A stretch of 63,391 nt of DNA from an uncultured Cytophagaceae bacterium (GCA_964551015.1 CAZKBP010000003.1:213327-276717); one strand, 5' to 3'; shown: positions 1 through 10,278, counted from the first letter of the stretch. A program made the numbers and translations. The notes: generated by a model not told the origin, from the sequence alone.

Positions 1-782
1 CCCGTACCAACGTCTACGCCCCCGTGAGTGGTACGGTCTCCAAACTCAGCGTAGAGAAGGGTGAAAAAGTAGTAGGAACTGCTACCATGGCGGGTACGGA
101 AATGCTGATTATCGCCGATCTTAATAATATGGAAGTGCAGGTGGATGTCAATGAAAATGACATCGTCAAGGTGCGAATCGGTCAGAAAGTTATCATTGAT
201 GTAGATTCTTACAGCAGTACCGGACGTAAATTTGATGGCCTCGTTACCGAAATCGCCAATACGGCCAACGAGACGGCTACCGCTGATGCCGTAACCGAGT
301 TTGAGGTAAAGATTCGCATTCTCAATGAGTCTTACCAAGATTTGATTCGCAAAGGGAGCAAGTTACCGCCTTTCCGCCCGGGCATGACGGCCTCGGTAGA
401 CATTGTCACGGATCGGAAAGAGGGTATCATCACCGTACCCATCGCCGCGGTTACTACGCGCAATGCGACCCAAAACACGAACAAGAAAGGATCCAAGCAA
501 AAAGCCACCGCTACCCAGGTCAAGAATACAGATGCGCCCGCCCGTGAAGAAAACGAAATAGAAGAAGTGGTCTTTGTCTACAACGAAGAAACGCAGACCG
601 TAGAACAGAGAAAAGTAGAAACGGGCATTAGTGATTTTGAAAATATCGAGGTCACAAAAGGACTCAAACTAGGAGAGCAAGTCGTAACGGGGCCTTTTAA
701 TCTCGTCTCCAAACAACTCAAAGACGGTCAGAAGGTGGCCATCAAAGATGAAAATGCTAAAAGCACGGCCAAAGAAGATTAG
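1..782 (+). CDS. Efflux transporter periplasmic adaptor (membrane-fusion protein, HlyD/MacA family), 5'-truncated by the window edge
   Basis: The frame runs open from the window start to the stop at 780-782. The translation (GEKVVGTATMAGTEMLIIADLNNMEVQVDVNENDIVKVRIGQKV...VTGPFNLVSKQLKDGQKV) matches the beta-barrel and membrane-proximal domains of RND/MacAB membrane-fusion proteins, with a K/E-rich low-complexity linker. Confidence 0.7.
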   Translation, partial: RTNVYAPVSGTVSKLSVEKGEKVVGTATMAGTEMLIIADLNNMEVQVDVNENDIVKVRIGQKVIIDVDSYSSTGRKFDGLVTEIANTANETATADAVTEFEVKIRILNESYQDLIRKGSKLPPFRPGMTASVDIVTDRKEGIITVPIAAVTTRNATQNTNKKGSKQKATATQVKNTDAPAREENEIEEVVFVYNEETQTVEQRKVETGISDFENIEVTKGLKLGEQVVTGPFNLVSKQLKDGQKVAIKDENAKSTAKED

Positions 783-1066
783 AAACGCCTAATTACTCAT
801 CCGAGTGGAATGATCGCCTTAACCAACAGATGCATCAATAACTGATTTGTAAAGAGAACAAAGCTTCCCCCGCCTCGGAGTTTAGTATTCTGAGAGATTT
901 ATTACCATAAGCTTAGGATTTTTTAAAACTCAAAACGCTTCATTTCAGTAAATAGGGTTGAAAGGTAGCTTTCCGCAATGATAGCAAGAGCACCTGGTCT
1001 CACTAACGCTTACATGTTAGCAAGACGCTCAAATGGATAAAAGATAACTCACAACCCATAACTCAC

Positions 1067-2428
1067 ATGGCAGATTCAGACAAGAACCTACGTGCTTACT
1101 TTGACAAAATTTTAGAAATCCAAAAGCAACAACAAAGCCGTGAGCTAAGTGAAGCAGAGCTCAAAGAAATCGCGCTGGAGATGGGGCTTTCTGAAGGTGA
1201 TTGGCAAGCGGTAGAAAAAACTTTTCAGGATTACTACCAAAGAGGAGAAGGCTTTCTCAAGCATAAAAATTGGGAAGACGCCATTGCCGAGTTGAAACAA
1301 GCCTTGACCCTCAAACCCAGCCACGTGGCTACGCAATATCAAATCGCCCAAGCTTACGAAGGACTTTGGAAAGAACAAAAAAAACAGGAATACAAAGAAC
1401 TGGCTATTCAGCACGCACGCCAGTGTTTACAGCTCAAAGCCGACCACAGCGGTGCCCTCAAACTCATCAGTGATCTCAAAAGAAACCCGATCAAGCTTGC
1501 CTCTCCAAGCTCCGCAAATACACGAAAAATCTGGCTACCCGCCGTGGTTGGCCTAAGCTTGCTCTTCGTGGCAGTAACACTAGTACTATTCTTGAGCCCA
1601 AGGTCCTCTTCTAGCACGGTGCAAGTTGAAGTTAAAAAATCTGCCCCTATTGATCCAGATGACAACAGCCCTGCGGTCGATTACACGGAAACGGAAGAGA
1701 CAGGCATGGATACTAACCTGAATGCGATCGCACTTCCAGTTACGCTCGTGAATGACGATAAGTCCAAGGGGCTTGCCTATCAACCCCAGACTAGCATTTA
1801 CACGAAGTATGACAAGAGCTACAACTGTAAGGTGCTTGGCACTATCCGAGTGGATGGCTACGAGATTGACAAACTCAAGATGAAGGTAGAGTTTTTGGAT
1901 GCCACGCAAAAACCTATTTTTACCGATTATGTGGATGTGATTAATAATTATTCAGCTGCCGCACGCAATGGAGATCTCATTCCATTCAACTATTCCGATT
2001 ACAAGGACACCGGAAGCTTTCCTGACTTTCGTTCTATCCGGTTATCAGTGTCTTTGATAGAAAGAGAAGAAATGACCGCTGCCTATCAAGCCTCTCCCAG
2101 TAAAACCTTAGTCTGGCCTAACGCAAAACCCGCGAATATGGACTTGGAGCTTAGAGAAAGATTGAGCAGCCGCAATGGTAAATACCAGAAACTAGAACTC
2201 GCCTTCAAAAATACAGGAACACGCTCTATCAAACACTTACAGGTAGAATTGCAGTGGTTTGCACCGAATGGCGAGATGATCAAATCGGCCAAATTGTTTG
2301 TCTGTACCGATTCTAATCCTAAAATCAAGCCCGGTCAAACGAGAGTCAAACAGGGAACTTGGGACATTTCTGATAAGAAAGGACAACTAGCCACCAGCTA
2401 TCAGGTATCGGTGATGCGCTTGGAGTAA
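1067..2428 (+). CDS. Hypothetical membrane protein with an N-terminal cytoplasmic TPR-like helical region, one TM helix and a ~280-aa extracytoplasmic domain
   Basis: ATG at 1067 starts a 453-aa ORF. The N-terminus (AIAELKQALTLKPSHVATQYQIAQAYEGL) is TPR-like. A hydrophobic segment IWLPAVVGLSLLFVAVTLVLFL follows, and the C-terminal domain has no family I can name. Confidence 0.55.
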   Translation: MADSDKNLRAYFDKILEIQKQQQSRELSEAELKEIALEMGLSEGDWQAVEKTFQDYYQRGEGFLKHKNWEDAIAELKQALTLKPSHVATQYQIAQAYEGLWKEQKKQEYKELAIQHARQCLQLKADHSGALKLISDLKRNPIKLASPSSANTRKIWLPAVVGLSLLFVAVTLVLFLSPRSSSSTVQVEVKKSAPIDPDDNSPAVDYTETEETGMDTNLNAIALPVTLVNDDKSKGLAYQPQTSIYTKYDKSYNCKVLGTIRVDGYEIDKLKMKVEFLDATQKPIFTDYVDVINNYSAAARNGDLIPFNYSDYKDTGSFPDFRSIRLSVSLIEREEMTAAYQASPSKTLVWPNAKPANMDLELRERLSSRNGKYQKLELAFKNTGTRSIKHLQVELQWFAPNGEMIKSAKLFVCTDSNPKIKPGQTRVKQGTWDISDKKGQLATSYQVSVMRLE

Positions 2429-2572
2429 TGGGTTATGGGTTGTGAGTACGCACCAACGCAAGGAAGTTTTGTGAGAAATTCTAACCGTGCGTACCCAACT
2501 ATGAAAAATTGCAAAACATCAGGAGTAAAGCACTAGGCAAAGAAAAAATAACTCACAACTCACAACCCAAAA
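2429..2572. repeat. Structured palindromic element: outer inverted arms GGGTTGTGAGT / ACTCACAACCC (2437-2447 and 2557-2567) enclosing an inner 8-bp hairpin GTACGCAC / GTGCGTAC (2446-2453 and 2487-2494)
   Basis: Read directly from the sequence. The 16-mer ACTCACAACCCATAAC at 1047-1062 is present as an exact reverse complement at 2431-2446. Related copies lie at 25261-25338 and next to the sensor-kinase start (22486-22497). Confidence 0.55.
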
Positions 2573-2576
2573 CTAC

Positions 2577-3104
2577 TTAGGAGGCAGGTTCTACTTTGAA
2601 GCTTAATTGTAGATTCTCCCACATGTAATCTACTTTTTCTTTATCCACTTCAAAGGTCATTCTTTCTGTGAATTCTTCGGATTCCGTGGGCTTTACTTTT
2701 ACTCTCAACACGTCTTTACTTTCATCGTAATCATAGGCTCCCCACTGTTTGGAATCTGTGTTGAAAATGATTGTCCATTCATCTTCATTAGGAATCGTGA
2801 ACAAACCGTAGGTGCCCGCGGGTAGTTTTTGGCCTTCAATCATCACATCTTCGCTCACCTCGAAGGTAGTTGCTTCGTTGGCTCCAGTGCGCCACACATC
2901 ACCGTAAGGAACCAAGGCTCCCCAGATTTCGCGGTCTTTGACGCCGGGTTGGCTGTAGTTGATGACCACTTCGGCAGAGCCAATTTTACCTTTGGCTTCG
3001 GCAGGAGGGCTAGGACGCTTAGATTTGTCCTCTTGTGCACAAGCTGTAGAAAAAATACAACAAACACTAAAAACAAATAAATAAACACGAAAAGTAGTTT
3101 GCAT
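2577..3104 (-). CDS. DUF2911 family lipoprotein/secreted protein
   Basis: It has a signal peptide (MQTTFRVYLFVFSVCCIFSTACAQ). The body shows the conserved pattern GSAEVVINYSQPGVKDREIWGALVPYGDVWRTGANEATTFE...GTYGLFTIPNEDEWTIIFN typical of Bacteroidota DUF2911 proteins. Confidence 0.75.
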   Translation of the reverse strand: MQTTFRVYLFVFSVCCIFSTACAQEDKSKRPSPPAEAKGKIGSAEVVINYSQPGVKDREIWGALVPYGDVWRTGANEATTFEVSEDVMIEGQKLPAGTYGLFTIPNEDEWTIIFNTDSKQWGAYDYDESKDVLRVKVKPTESEEFTERMTFEVDKEKVDYMWENLQLSFKVEPAS

Positions 3105-3188
3105 AGTTTTGTGGATTAATATAAATCAAATTTAGAGATAGAAACCCATGTGATTTGTTACTGAAATGTTAAAGTAAAAAAATGAAAG

Positions 3189-5642
3189 CTACCATTGCCC
3201 TCTCAAAGCAATCATCCAATTCTGCCCCGGAGCGACAATTCCTGAAGAATAAGGGCGATATCGCTTGTCCAAGATATTTTCTACTCCCGTGTTGATTTCC
3301 AGAAAAGAAGTGATTTGGAAAGCCGCTTTCAAATGAAGTGTGTACCAAGCTGGCGAAAAAGGATTTCCGTTGGCATCCGTGGCGTAAATTTGTGGCTTAT
3401 CTCGCTCCGAAGGAGCCAAGCGATCATAAGGAATTTCACCACTATAATCTCCCGAAAACTCCAGTCTCCATCTCAAGGGAGTCCATACCAAACGCGTACT
3501 ACCAAAAAGCGGTGCCACGTGGCGAACCGCTTCTCCCTCGTCCGTTTCGCCCTGAGTATAAGTCAAGTGAGTTTGTAGGTACAAATTGGGCAACAGATAA
3601 GCTCTCAGACTCGTGCTGAAACCATAAATGCGTGCGCTAGCCGCGTTGACAATCGCTTCGGTCTTGCTCAACTGACCATCGTATAAGATCGAGTCTTGAC
3701 CGTTAAAGCGAAAATCCCTCCTTACCATCAAGTCATCTACCTGAGTATAAAAAGTATTTAATTGAATTTCGTGTCCTTGCTGCCAACGCTTGATAAGTGC
3801 CACGTCTAAATTGTAAGCATATTCAGGTTGTAGATTCGGGTTGGGTACTACGACGCTCCCGGGCTCTGAGTCAAAAACTTTGGCTACGTCATCTATATTG
3901 GGCGCGCGAAAACCCGTGGATAGATTCAAGTTAATTTGCCAATCTGTACGTGGGCGATAAACCATCCCCAGGCTACCATTGAGAGCGGCATTGCTGAGGT
4001 CAATTTGCTCGAAAGGAAAATCAAAAAAAGCTTCATTTTCGCTCACATCCGCACGGATAAGTACTTGATTAAAGCGCAAACCCGCCGTAAAGGTAAACTG
4101 TTCCTTCCAATTATATTTGTAGCTCGAGTAAACCGCCCAAGAAGCATACTCGGAGCCGTCTGGATAACGTGTAGAAGTACGCTCCTGCTGCCCATTGCTG
4201 ATATTCCGTACAAAAGCCGAAGACCCGACTTGATTATAAACCGCCTCTACTCCGTAGAATAAGGCTCCGTGCTGACCAATATCTCGGTCAAAATCTAAAT
4301 TAGCCGTGAAAATATCCACCTGCTCGGTACGACTTCTCAAATCGTCTTCTTTGAAACGGCGGTCTTGCCGACTCTCCTCGTAGCTTTGGTAAGCCAATGT
4401 AAATTGCGCTTGGTCAAAAAAAGAGGTAGGGTGAATGTACTGGGCATGCAGACGGTGCATCATCCATTTCTGCGGCCCATAGTACCATTCAGCAAAGCGC
4501 AATTGCCCCTCTCTGCGCTCAATCAAACGATCATAGCGAGGTACATCCGAAGTACGAGAATAATGGAAAGCATACTCGAGGTTTAGGTCATCGCGGGGCT
4601 GGAAGCGAATCTTTTGTAAGACATTTAATTGGTGGTAGCCAGTGGGGATTTGACGATTTTTGTCCGCGTTGAGCAGAACCGTATCCTGACCATGGATTCT
4701 ATCCACGTATTCAGGTCGGGTATATTCCTCGCGACCTTGGCTTCCCATCCGCAGGTCATCATAATCACTGAAGGAAACACTGCTCAGCCAGGCCCATTTT
4801 TGGCCGGCCAGAGTCCAGTCCAAATGTGCCATTTTTTCACGATTGGCACTGGAAAAGCGAGTTGAGGCATTCCCAGAAAACTCAGCTTGCTCGCCTGTGG
4901 CTAGCTTCGGACGCAGCGTGTGAAAATCCATCACACCTCCCAAGGCATCACTGCCATAAATAACCGAGCCGGGGCCAAACAAAACTTCCGCTTCCTCGAT
5001 ACTGTTGGCATCCAGAGAAATCACATTTTGCAGATTTCCTCCTCGGAAAATGGCATTGTTCATTCTCACGCCGTCCACGACCAACAAGACGGAATTAGCT
5101 GAAAAGCCGCGGAGCATAGGGCTACCCCCGCCTAGTTGGCTTTTTTGGATAAACACTTCTTTAGAAATGCCCAGCAAATCGGCTGCGGTTTGTGGATTTT
5201 GAAAGGCAATTTCTTCGGACTCTATCCGAGTAATCTTCACGGGGACTTCCTGTGCGTTTTGCTCCCATTTGCTCGCCGAAACTACAATTTCGTCTAAGTT
5301 GGTGTTTTTTTCAAGGAGTGTTACTTGATGGTCTTGTAGCAATAGTTGGGAATAGCTAATGGTACTCGGTTGGTAATTAGGATGTTGAAAAAAAATGGTG
5401 TCTCCTTGCTGAAAATATGCCTGCTTTACTTTTCCCTGCGCATTGCTACTGTAAGCTTTGGTTTTTCCTTGGTTGTAGATGAGCACCCCCACGACGGGTA
5501 GCCCTTTTTGATCTTGTATCTGGAGGGAAATTTGTGCCTGCAACGACGAGAAAAGCCCCAAGCACCAGAGGAAGAGGCAGAAACTCTTTTTGATCGGGGC
5601 AAGGTCTTTGGAAACCAAGCAAGGGAGAGCAAAAACGGACAT
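3189..5642 (-). CDS. TonB-dependent outer-membrane receptor
   Basis: 817 aa with a signal peptide. The N-terminus has a TonB-box/plug region (DEIVVSASKWEQNAQEVPVKITRIESEEI...LRGFSANSVLLVVDGVRMNN...FGPGSVIYGSDALGGVMDF). A long beta-barrel follows, ending in an aromatic C-terminus (...ALRGQW). Confidence 0.85.
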   Translation of the reverse strand: MSVFALPCLVSKDLAPIKKSFCLFLWCLGLFSSLQAQISLQIQDQKGLPVVGVLIYNQGKTKAYSSNAQGKVKQAYFQQGDTIFFQHPNYQPSTISYSQLLLQDHQVTLLEKNTNLDEIVVSASKWEQNAQEVPVKITRIESEEIAFQNPQTAADLLGISKEVFIQKSQLGGGSPMLRGFSANSVLLVVDGVRMNNAIFRGGNLQNVISLDANSIEEAEVLFGPGSVIYGSDALGGVMDFHTLRPKLATGEQAEFSGNASTRFSSANREKMAHLDWTLAGQKWAWLSSVSFSDYDDLRMGSQGREEYTRPEYVDRIHGQDTVLLNADKNRQIPTGYHQLNVLQKIRFQPRDDLNLEYAFHYSRTSDVPRYDRLIERREGQLRFAEWYYGPQKWMMHRLHAQYIHPTSFFDQAQFTLAYQSYEESRQDRRFKEDDLRSRTEQVDIFTANLDFDRDIGQHGALFYGVEAVYNQVGSSAFVRNISNGQQERTSTRYPDGSEYASWAVYSSYKYNWKEQFTFTAGLRFNQVLIRADVSENEAFFDFPFEQIDLSNAALNGSLGMVYRPRTDWQINLNLSTGFRAPNIDDVAKVFDSEPGSVVVPNPNLQPEYAYNLDVALIKRWQQGHEIQLNTFYTQVDDLMVRRDFRFNGQDSILYDGQLSKTEAIVNAASARIYGFSTSLRAYLLPNLYLQTHLTYTQGETDEGEAVRHVAPLFGSTRLVWTPLRWRLEFSGDYSGEIPYDRLAPSERDKPQIYATDANGNPFSPAWYTLHLKAAFQITSFLEINTGVENILDKRYRPYSSGIVAPGQNWMIALRGQW

Positions 5643-5648
5643 AGAGGT

Positions 5649-6011
5649 TTAAATGACAAACTTAGCGAGACGTTCTAATATGACATTGACAATCGATAAA
5701 AGAATACCAAAAGCAAAAGCCCAAACAAACTTGAAGATATAACCACCGGCAAAAATCGCGAAACCATCTATAAAAAAGGCTACTAACAAAACCATCACGG
5801 TATTAATGAATAATGGAAATAAACCCAAGGTCAAGATGGTGATCGGAAAGGTAAAAAAACGAATAATGGGCTTGATAAAGACATTAATTGCCAATAGCGC
5901 CAAAGCCGCAATCAAGCCTGATTCCAAGTTTTTGATCGCGATGCCTGGTAATAACCAATCACAGACAAATATTGCCGCGATAAATATGGCTGCTCGGAAC
6001 AAAATTTTCAT
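5649..6011 (-). CDS. Small polytopic membrane protein, DUF360 / 'phage holin 4_2-like' family
   Basis: 120 aa with 3-4 predicted TM helices (LLAINVFIKPIIRFFTFPITILTLGLFPLFINTVMVLLVAFFIDGF), the usual shape of this widespread non-phage membrane family. Confidence 0.55.
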   Translation of the reverse strand: MKILFRAAIFIAAIFVCDWLLPGIAIKNLESGLIAALALLAINVFIKPIIRFFTFPITILTLGLFPLFINTVMVLLVAFFIDGFAIFAGGYIFKFVWAFAFGILLSIVNVILERLAKFVI

Positions 6012-6148
6012 AAATAGCTTTTTATAATAAATAGCTACAAATATAAAAATTAATTTGGATTCAAATATTCGCGATTTAGTTTAATCGTGTTATTAATCAT
6101 CGCACTTAGGCAAACGTATTTCTGATATTTACATAACACCTTCATTCC

Positions 6149-6790
6149 ATGAAAGCATTTTTAAAAGTGAGTTTGATCCTGCTCGGCGTTCTGATGAGCC
6201 ATTGGGTTTCTGCTCAGTATGTTCCCAAAGAAGAAAGAGAAAAAGAAAAAAGAACCGACAGTACGCAAGTAGAGGCTACCGTCGATACTCCACAAAAAAC
6301 GAAACGATCTAGACCCTCTGAGCTTTCTGATCAGAGCTTTTTTCAACGTCTCACCTTCGGAGGGAACCTAGGCTTTGGCTTTGGTAATCCTACTTTTGTT
6401 GATATAGCTCCGACCGTGGGTTATCGCTTTACTGACAAATTTACGGCTGGTTTAGGCTTCAATTATCTCTATTATGATTTTGAGCAGCGATTCAGCAACG
6501 GCACGATTAATATCAATTCTAGCTATTATGGCGGAAGAGTTTACGGTCAATATTTTATTATTGACGAAATCTTTGCTTGGGCAGAATTTGAAGGACTGAA
6601 CGTGGAATTTTTCAACACAGACGGGCAAACCGAACGAGAATGGCAGTACGCTCCCTTGATTGGCGGCGGGGCACAAGTACCCATCGGCAACCGAGGAGGC
6701 ATTTATTTTTTGGGACTCTATAATCTCAATCACTCGGATACTTCTTGGCGAGGTACGCCTTGGGTCACACGGGTAGGATTTAACTTCTAG
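6149..6790 (+). CDS. Secreted outer-membrane beta-barrel-like protein (hypothetical)
   Basis: It has a signal peptide (MKAFLKVSLILLGVLMSHWVSAQ). The mature region alternates aromatic and glycine residues (FGGNLGFGFGNPTFVDIAPTVGYRF..) and ends in a C-terminal Phe (..RVGFNF). Confidence 0.5.
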   Translation: MKAFLKVSLILLGVLMSHWVSAQYVPKEEREKEKRTDSTQVEATVDTPQKTKRSRPSELSDQSFFQRLTFGGNLGFGFGNPTFVDIAPTVGYRFTDKFTAGLGFNYLYYDFEQRFSNGTININSSYYGGRVYGQYFIIDEIFAWAEFEGLNVEFFNTDGQTEREWQYAPLIGGGAQVPIGNRGGIYFLGLYNLNHSDTSWRGTPWVTRVGFNF

Positions 6791-6816
6791 AAATGTCTTT
6801 CTGAAAATATTTAACC

Positions 6817-6852
6817 AAAGCTTCCCTCCTCCAAAATTGGGAAGCTTTTTTC
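6817..6852 (+). terminator. Rho-independent terminator after the beta-barrel gene
   Basis: AAGCTTCCC (6818-6826) pairs with GGGAAGCTT (6839-6847) around a 12-nt loop, followed by TTTT. Confidence 0.55.
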
Positions 6853-7108
6853 CATTTTGACTCTATAACTTACCCAAGTGCCTCTTTCCTCAGCTATCAT
6901 CTACCCTGATTTATATCTGCTAAAAGTATGAAATGGCTCCCTTAGCTCGTGCTTTGGTAGAAATTTTTACAATCCTGAAACTAATCTCCTTGTTTTGGAG
7001 TGCTATTTGAAGGCGTTCTCGTGGAAACATCCTCTCAACCTTACATCTGGTCTGCAATCTCAGTCTTTTATCAATTTTAATTTGACACTAGATTAAATAC
7101 ATATTTTT

Positions 7109-8020
7109 ATGAAGAAGATTCTTTCGATAATCCTCTTCTTAAGCAGCTATTCTGGGATTACTTGTTTAGCACAACCTTCCCTAGATTCAGGTGCTTTTGA
7201 CTCTTCTGAAACCATCAGCCCTAGTTATTTTAATGCCCTAGGAAACCGATTTACTTATCAATATGAGCAAGTAGCTCTATTGGACGGAAAGCTCCTACTG
7301 GAAATACCTGCGGGTTTCAAATTCTTAGATCAAGCACAAAGTGAGTACGTGCTTCATGATTTGTGGGCTAATCCAAAAGCTCTCCGGACGCTGGGCATGC
7401 TTTTTCCCGAAGATCAGGAACCCACTGATCCTAGCAGTTGGGCTTTCAATCTGAATTATGAAGAAATAGGTTATTTAGACGACCAATTAGAAGCAGAACT
7501 TGCCGTGGATCAACTACTCGAACGGATGCAAAATAGCGTAGCCAAAGCTAACCTTTATCGGGAAGAAAAAGGCTATCCAGCCCTTAATCTGCTCGGCTGG
7601 GTGGCGCCCCCCCGCTACGACTCAGAACGCAAAGTACTTAGCTGGGCTAAGAAAATCCAGTTTGGAGCAGAGCAATCCCCGACTCTAAACTATGATATCC
7701 GCTTGCTAGGGCGTGAAGGGGTTCTCAGTTTGCACGCCATTGCTCCTCTAGATTATTTAGAGAGGGTCAAGAAGTACATTCCTGCTGTTATCCAGAGTGT
7801 TAGCTTTACCAAAGGAAATCGATACGAAGATTTTGATCCCCAAGTGGATGTTCGCTCTCACTACCGCCTCGCCGATCTCATTACGGGTGAGGCCGAAGTC
7901 GAGGCCAATTTTTGGTCAGAATTGGCTAAGTTTAGTAACTTTTTCGTGTTTGGTATTGCGGCCGTGGGCGGCTTGATTTGGCGCTTCGTAACGGGCAAAA
8001 AACAATCTGAGGAAGTGTAG
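7109..8020 (+). CDS. Secreted protein with a C-terminal membrane anchor (hypothetical; possibly DUF2167-like)
   Basis: It has a signal peptide (MKKILSIILFLSSYSGITCLAQ) and a C-terminal hydrophobic anchor (FFVFGIAAVGGLIWRFVTGKK). No catalytic motif is recognisable. Confidence 0.45.
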   Translation: MKKILSIILFLSSYSGITCLAQPSLDSGAFDSSETISPSYFNALGNRFTYQYEQVALLDGKLLLEIPAGFKFLDQAQSEYVLHDLWANPKALRTLGMLFPEDQEPTDPSSWAFNLNYEEIGYLDDQLEAELAVDQLLERMQNSVAKANLYREEKGYPALNLLGWVAPPRYDSERKVLSWAKKIQFGAEQSPTLNYDIRLLGREGVLSLHAIAPLDYLERVKKYIPAVIQSVSFTKGNRYEDFDPQVDVRSHYRLADLITGEAEVEANFWSELAKFSNFFVFGIAAVGGLIWRFVTGKKQSEEV

Positions 8021-8145
8021 AGCGCTAAGGTGGTCAATGCTCAATTGATTTGCCAAATTCCGCTCTCGTTTTGAAAAGATCAAAAACGCTCAACCAAATA
8101 CTTAAACTGATAGCAGTCAGAACCAAGAGTAACCCTGAAATAAAT

Positions 8146-9414
8146 TTAATACCCATATTTTTCTTGCCAAAGGGCTTTTAAGTATTTACGGAGTTCTTTT
8201 TCACGCGGGTTTTGGCCAGGATCATAGAATTGATGCCCTGAGATTTCATCGGGTAAATATTCCTGATTCACGAAATTGTATTGGAAATTATGCGCATATT
8301 GGTAGCCTTGGCCGTAGCCTTCTTTTTTCATCAACTTGGTAGGAGCATTGCGTAAATGGAGAGGCACGGGCAAATTCCCCTTTTTCCTGACCAAAGCCAA
8401 AGCCTTGTCAATGGCAAGATAGCTGGCATTACTCTTGGGAGAGGAAGCCAAGTAAGTAGCCGTTTGGGAGAGAATGATTCGAGCTTCGGGATAACCAACC
8501 ATCGATACGGCTTGGAAGCAGTTGGTCGCTATGACCAGGGCGGTGGGGTTGGCATTGCCAATGTCTTCGGAGGCCAAGATGAGCATTCTTCGGGCAATAA
8601 ACTTGGGATCTTCGCCACCCTCAATCATCCGAGCCAGCCAATAGACCGCCGCGTTGGGGTCGCTGCCTCGCATAGATTTGATAAAAGCCGAGATAATGTC
8701 ATAGTGTTGTTCGCCGTCTTTGTCGTAGAGCACGGTTTTTTGCTGGGCATTTTGGAGCACGGCTTCATTGGTAATGACGATAGGTTCTTGGCCGATGGCA
8801 TTCACAGTCATTTCAAAAAGATTCAACAAACGGCGGGCATCGCCACCCGAGAGATTGAGGAGGGCTTCGGTTTCCTCGATGTGAATTTCTTTTTCTTTGA
8901 GAATTTCATCCCTTTGCATCGCCTCTTGGAGCAGCTTTTCTAATTCCTCTTTTTCCAAATTTTTTAATATGTAAACCTGACAGCGGGAGAGGAGAGCCGA
9001 AATGACCTCGAAGGATGGATTCTCAGTCGTGGCTCCAATCAAAGTAATAGTTCCGTCTTCTACCGCCCCCAAAAGCGCGTCTTGCTGCGCTTTGTTAAAA
9101 CGATGAATTTCATCTATGAAAAGAATACTCCCCGGCTGGTTCTTGGCCTGCTCAATGACTTGGCGCACTTCCTTCACACCGGAGCTGATTGCACTCAGCG
9201 TAAAAAAAGGTTTTTCTAAGAGCTTGCCAATCATTCGAGCTAGCGTGGTTTTGCCTACGCCAGGTGGGCCCCAGAAAATCATAGAGCCGATTTTACCCGC
9301 TTGGAGCAAACGTGCGAAGATAGCTCCTTTTCCAACTAAATGTGACTGACCCATAAAGTGCTCTAAACTTTCGGGGCGCATACGTTCGGCTAAGGGCGGA
9401 AGATTTTTGGACAT
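8146..9414 (-). CDS. rarA: Replication-associated recombination protein A (AAA+ ATPase, MgsA/RarA)
   Basis: The protein has Walker A ([11 protein letters not shown]) and Walker B ([16 protein letters not shown]). Sensor and arginine-finger regions and a C-terminal MgsA helical domain follow. Length is 422 aa. Confidence 0.9.
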   Translation of the reverse strand: MSKNLPPLAERMRPESLEHFMGQSHLVGKGAIFARLLQAGKIGSMIFWGPPGVGKTTLARMIGKLLEKPFFTLSAISSGVKEVRQVIEQAKNQPGSILFIDEIHRFNKAQQDALLGAVEDGTITLIGATTENPSFEVISALLSRCQVYILKNLEKEELEKLLQEAMQRDEILKEKEIHIEETEALLNLSGGDARRLLNLFEMTVNAIGQEPIVITNEAVLQNAQQKTVLYDKDGEQHYDIISAFIKSMRGSDPNAAVYWLARMIEGGEDPKFIARRMLILASEDIGNANPTALVIATNCFQAVSMVGYPEARIILSQTATYLASSPKSNASYLAIDKALALVRKKGNLPVPLHLRNAPTKLMKKEGYGQGYQYAHNFQYNFVNQEYLPDEISGHQFYDPGQNPREKELRKYLKALWQEKYGY

Positions 9415-9484
9415 TGCTCAGTTTTTTATTCTTGTATGGTTGTATGGCTACCTTGTTTTGAAACCAAGGGCTAAGCACTGACTG

Positions 9485-10090
9485 CTATTTAAAAAGTAAA
9501 GGCTCAATGTCAGTTAATAGTTTCTTAAAACGCTCCATAGAAGATGTATCTGGCCACACACTTACATCTTGCTGAATCGGTAAGCGGAATTGATACACAT
9601 TGCCATCGAAGCGCACTTCGGCTTGCATATCTCGCAGCTTCCGGAGTACATACTGATTTTCAGGAAGCACACTACCGATAAAATATTCTAAGGCATGGGC
9701 CTTGGCTAATAGATACATAATCGCAGCCAAGAGATTGCCAATTCCTCGCCCCTGATAAGCATCAATCACGGTGATAGCGAGTTCAGCACAGCAAGTATCA
9801 TTGTCTAGCCGAATAAAACGAGCGATACCCACCCCTAAGTCTGGGTGCGCATTCGGGTCTAGTGCTCCCCAGGCCACGTGGTTGCACTGATCTACTTGGG
9901 TAAGATACTCGAGCTGAGACTTGCTCAGTTCTTTGAGATAGCTAAAAAAGCGCATGTATCGGGATTCTGTAGAAAGAAGCGAAAAACCTTCTTGGACACG
10001 GGCTTTATCCTCAGACAAAACCGTTCTCAGGAGTAATTCTTCTTCTGGCCTAAGACTGTACATAAACATTTTGTGGTGCTCGCGTAGCAT
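9485..10090 (-). CDS. GNAT family N-acetyltransferase
   Basis: Acetyl-CoA binding motif QGRGIGNLLAAIMY..A, within ~200 aa. Confidence 0.65.
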   Translation of the reverse strand: MLREHHKMFMYSLRPEEELLLRTVLSEDKARVQEGFSLLSTESRYMRFFSYLKELSKSQLEYLTQVDQCNHVAWGALDPNAHPDLGVGIARFIRLDNDTCCAELAITVIDAYQGRGIGNLLAAIMYLLAKAHALEYFIGSVLPENQYVLRKLRDMQAEVRFDGNVYQFRLPIQQDVSVWPDTSSMERFKKLLTDIEPLLFK

Positions 10091-10278
10091 AGTATTAAGT
10101 TAAAGTGGGAGATATTGGCATCTAATCAAGATGGACTTCGCCTATCTTACGATTTACGTATTTTTTCTTTCTTTAATAATATAATTTGTAGAGCTTTGAA
10201 TGAATGATTATATTCATGGCACTTTAGTAACAAATGTTGAAACGCTTACCTCAAGATAGATACTGAATAAGTTTACAA

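Noticed and set aside
5649-6011. A 'phage holin' family hit as a sign of prophage
   Set aside because: DUF360/holin-4_2-like membrane proteins are common chromosomal genes. No terminase, capsid, tail, integrase or lysozyme gene is nearby.
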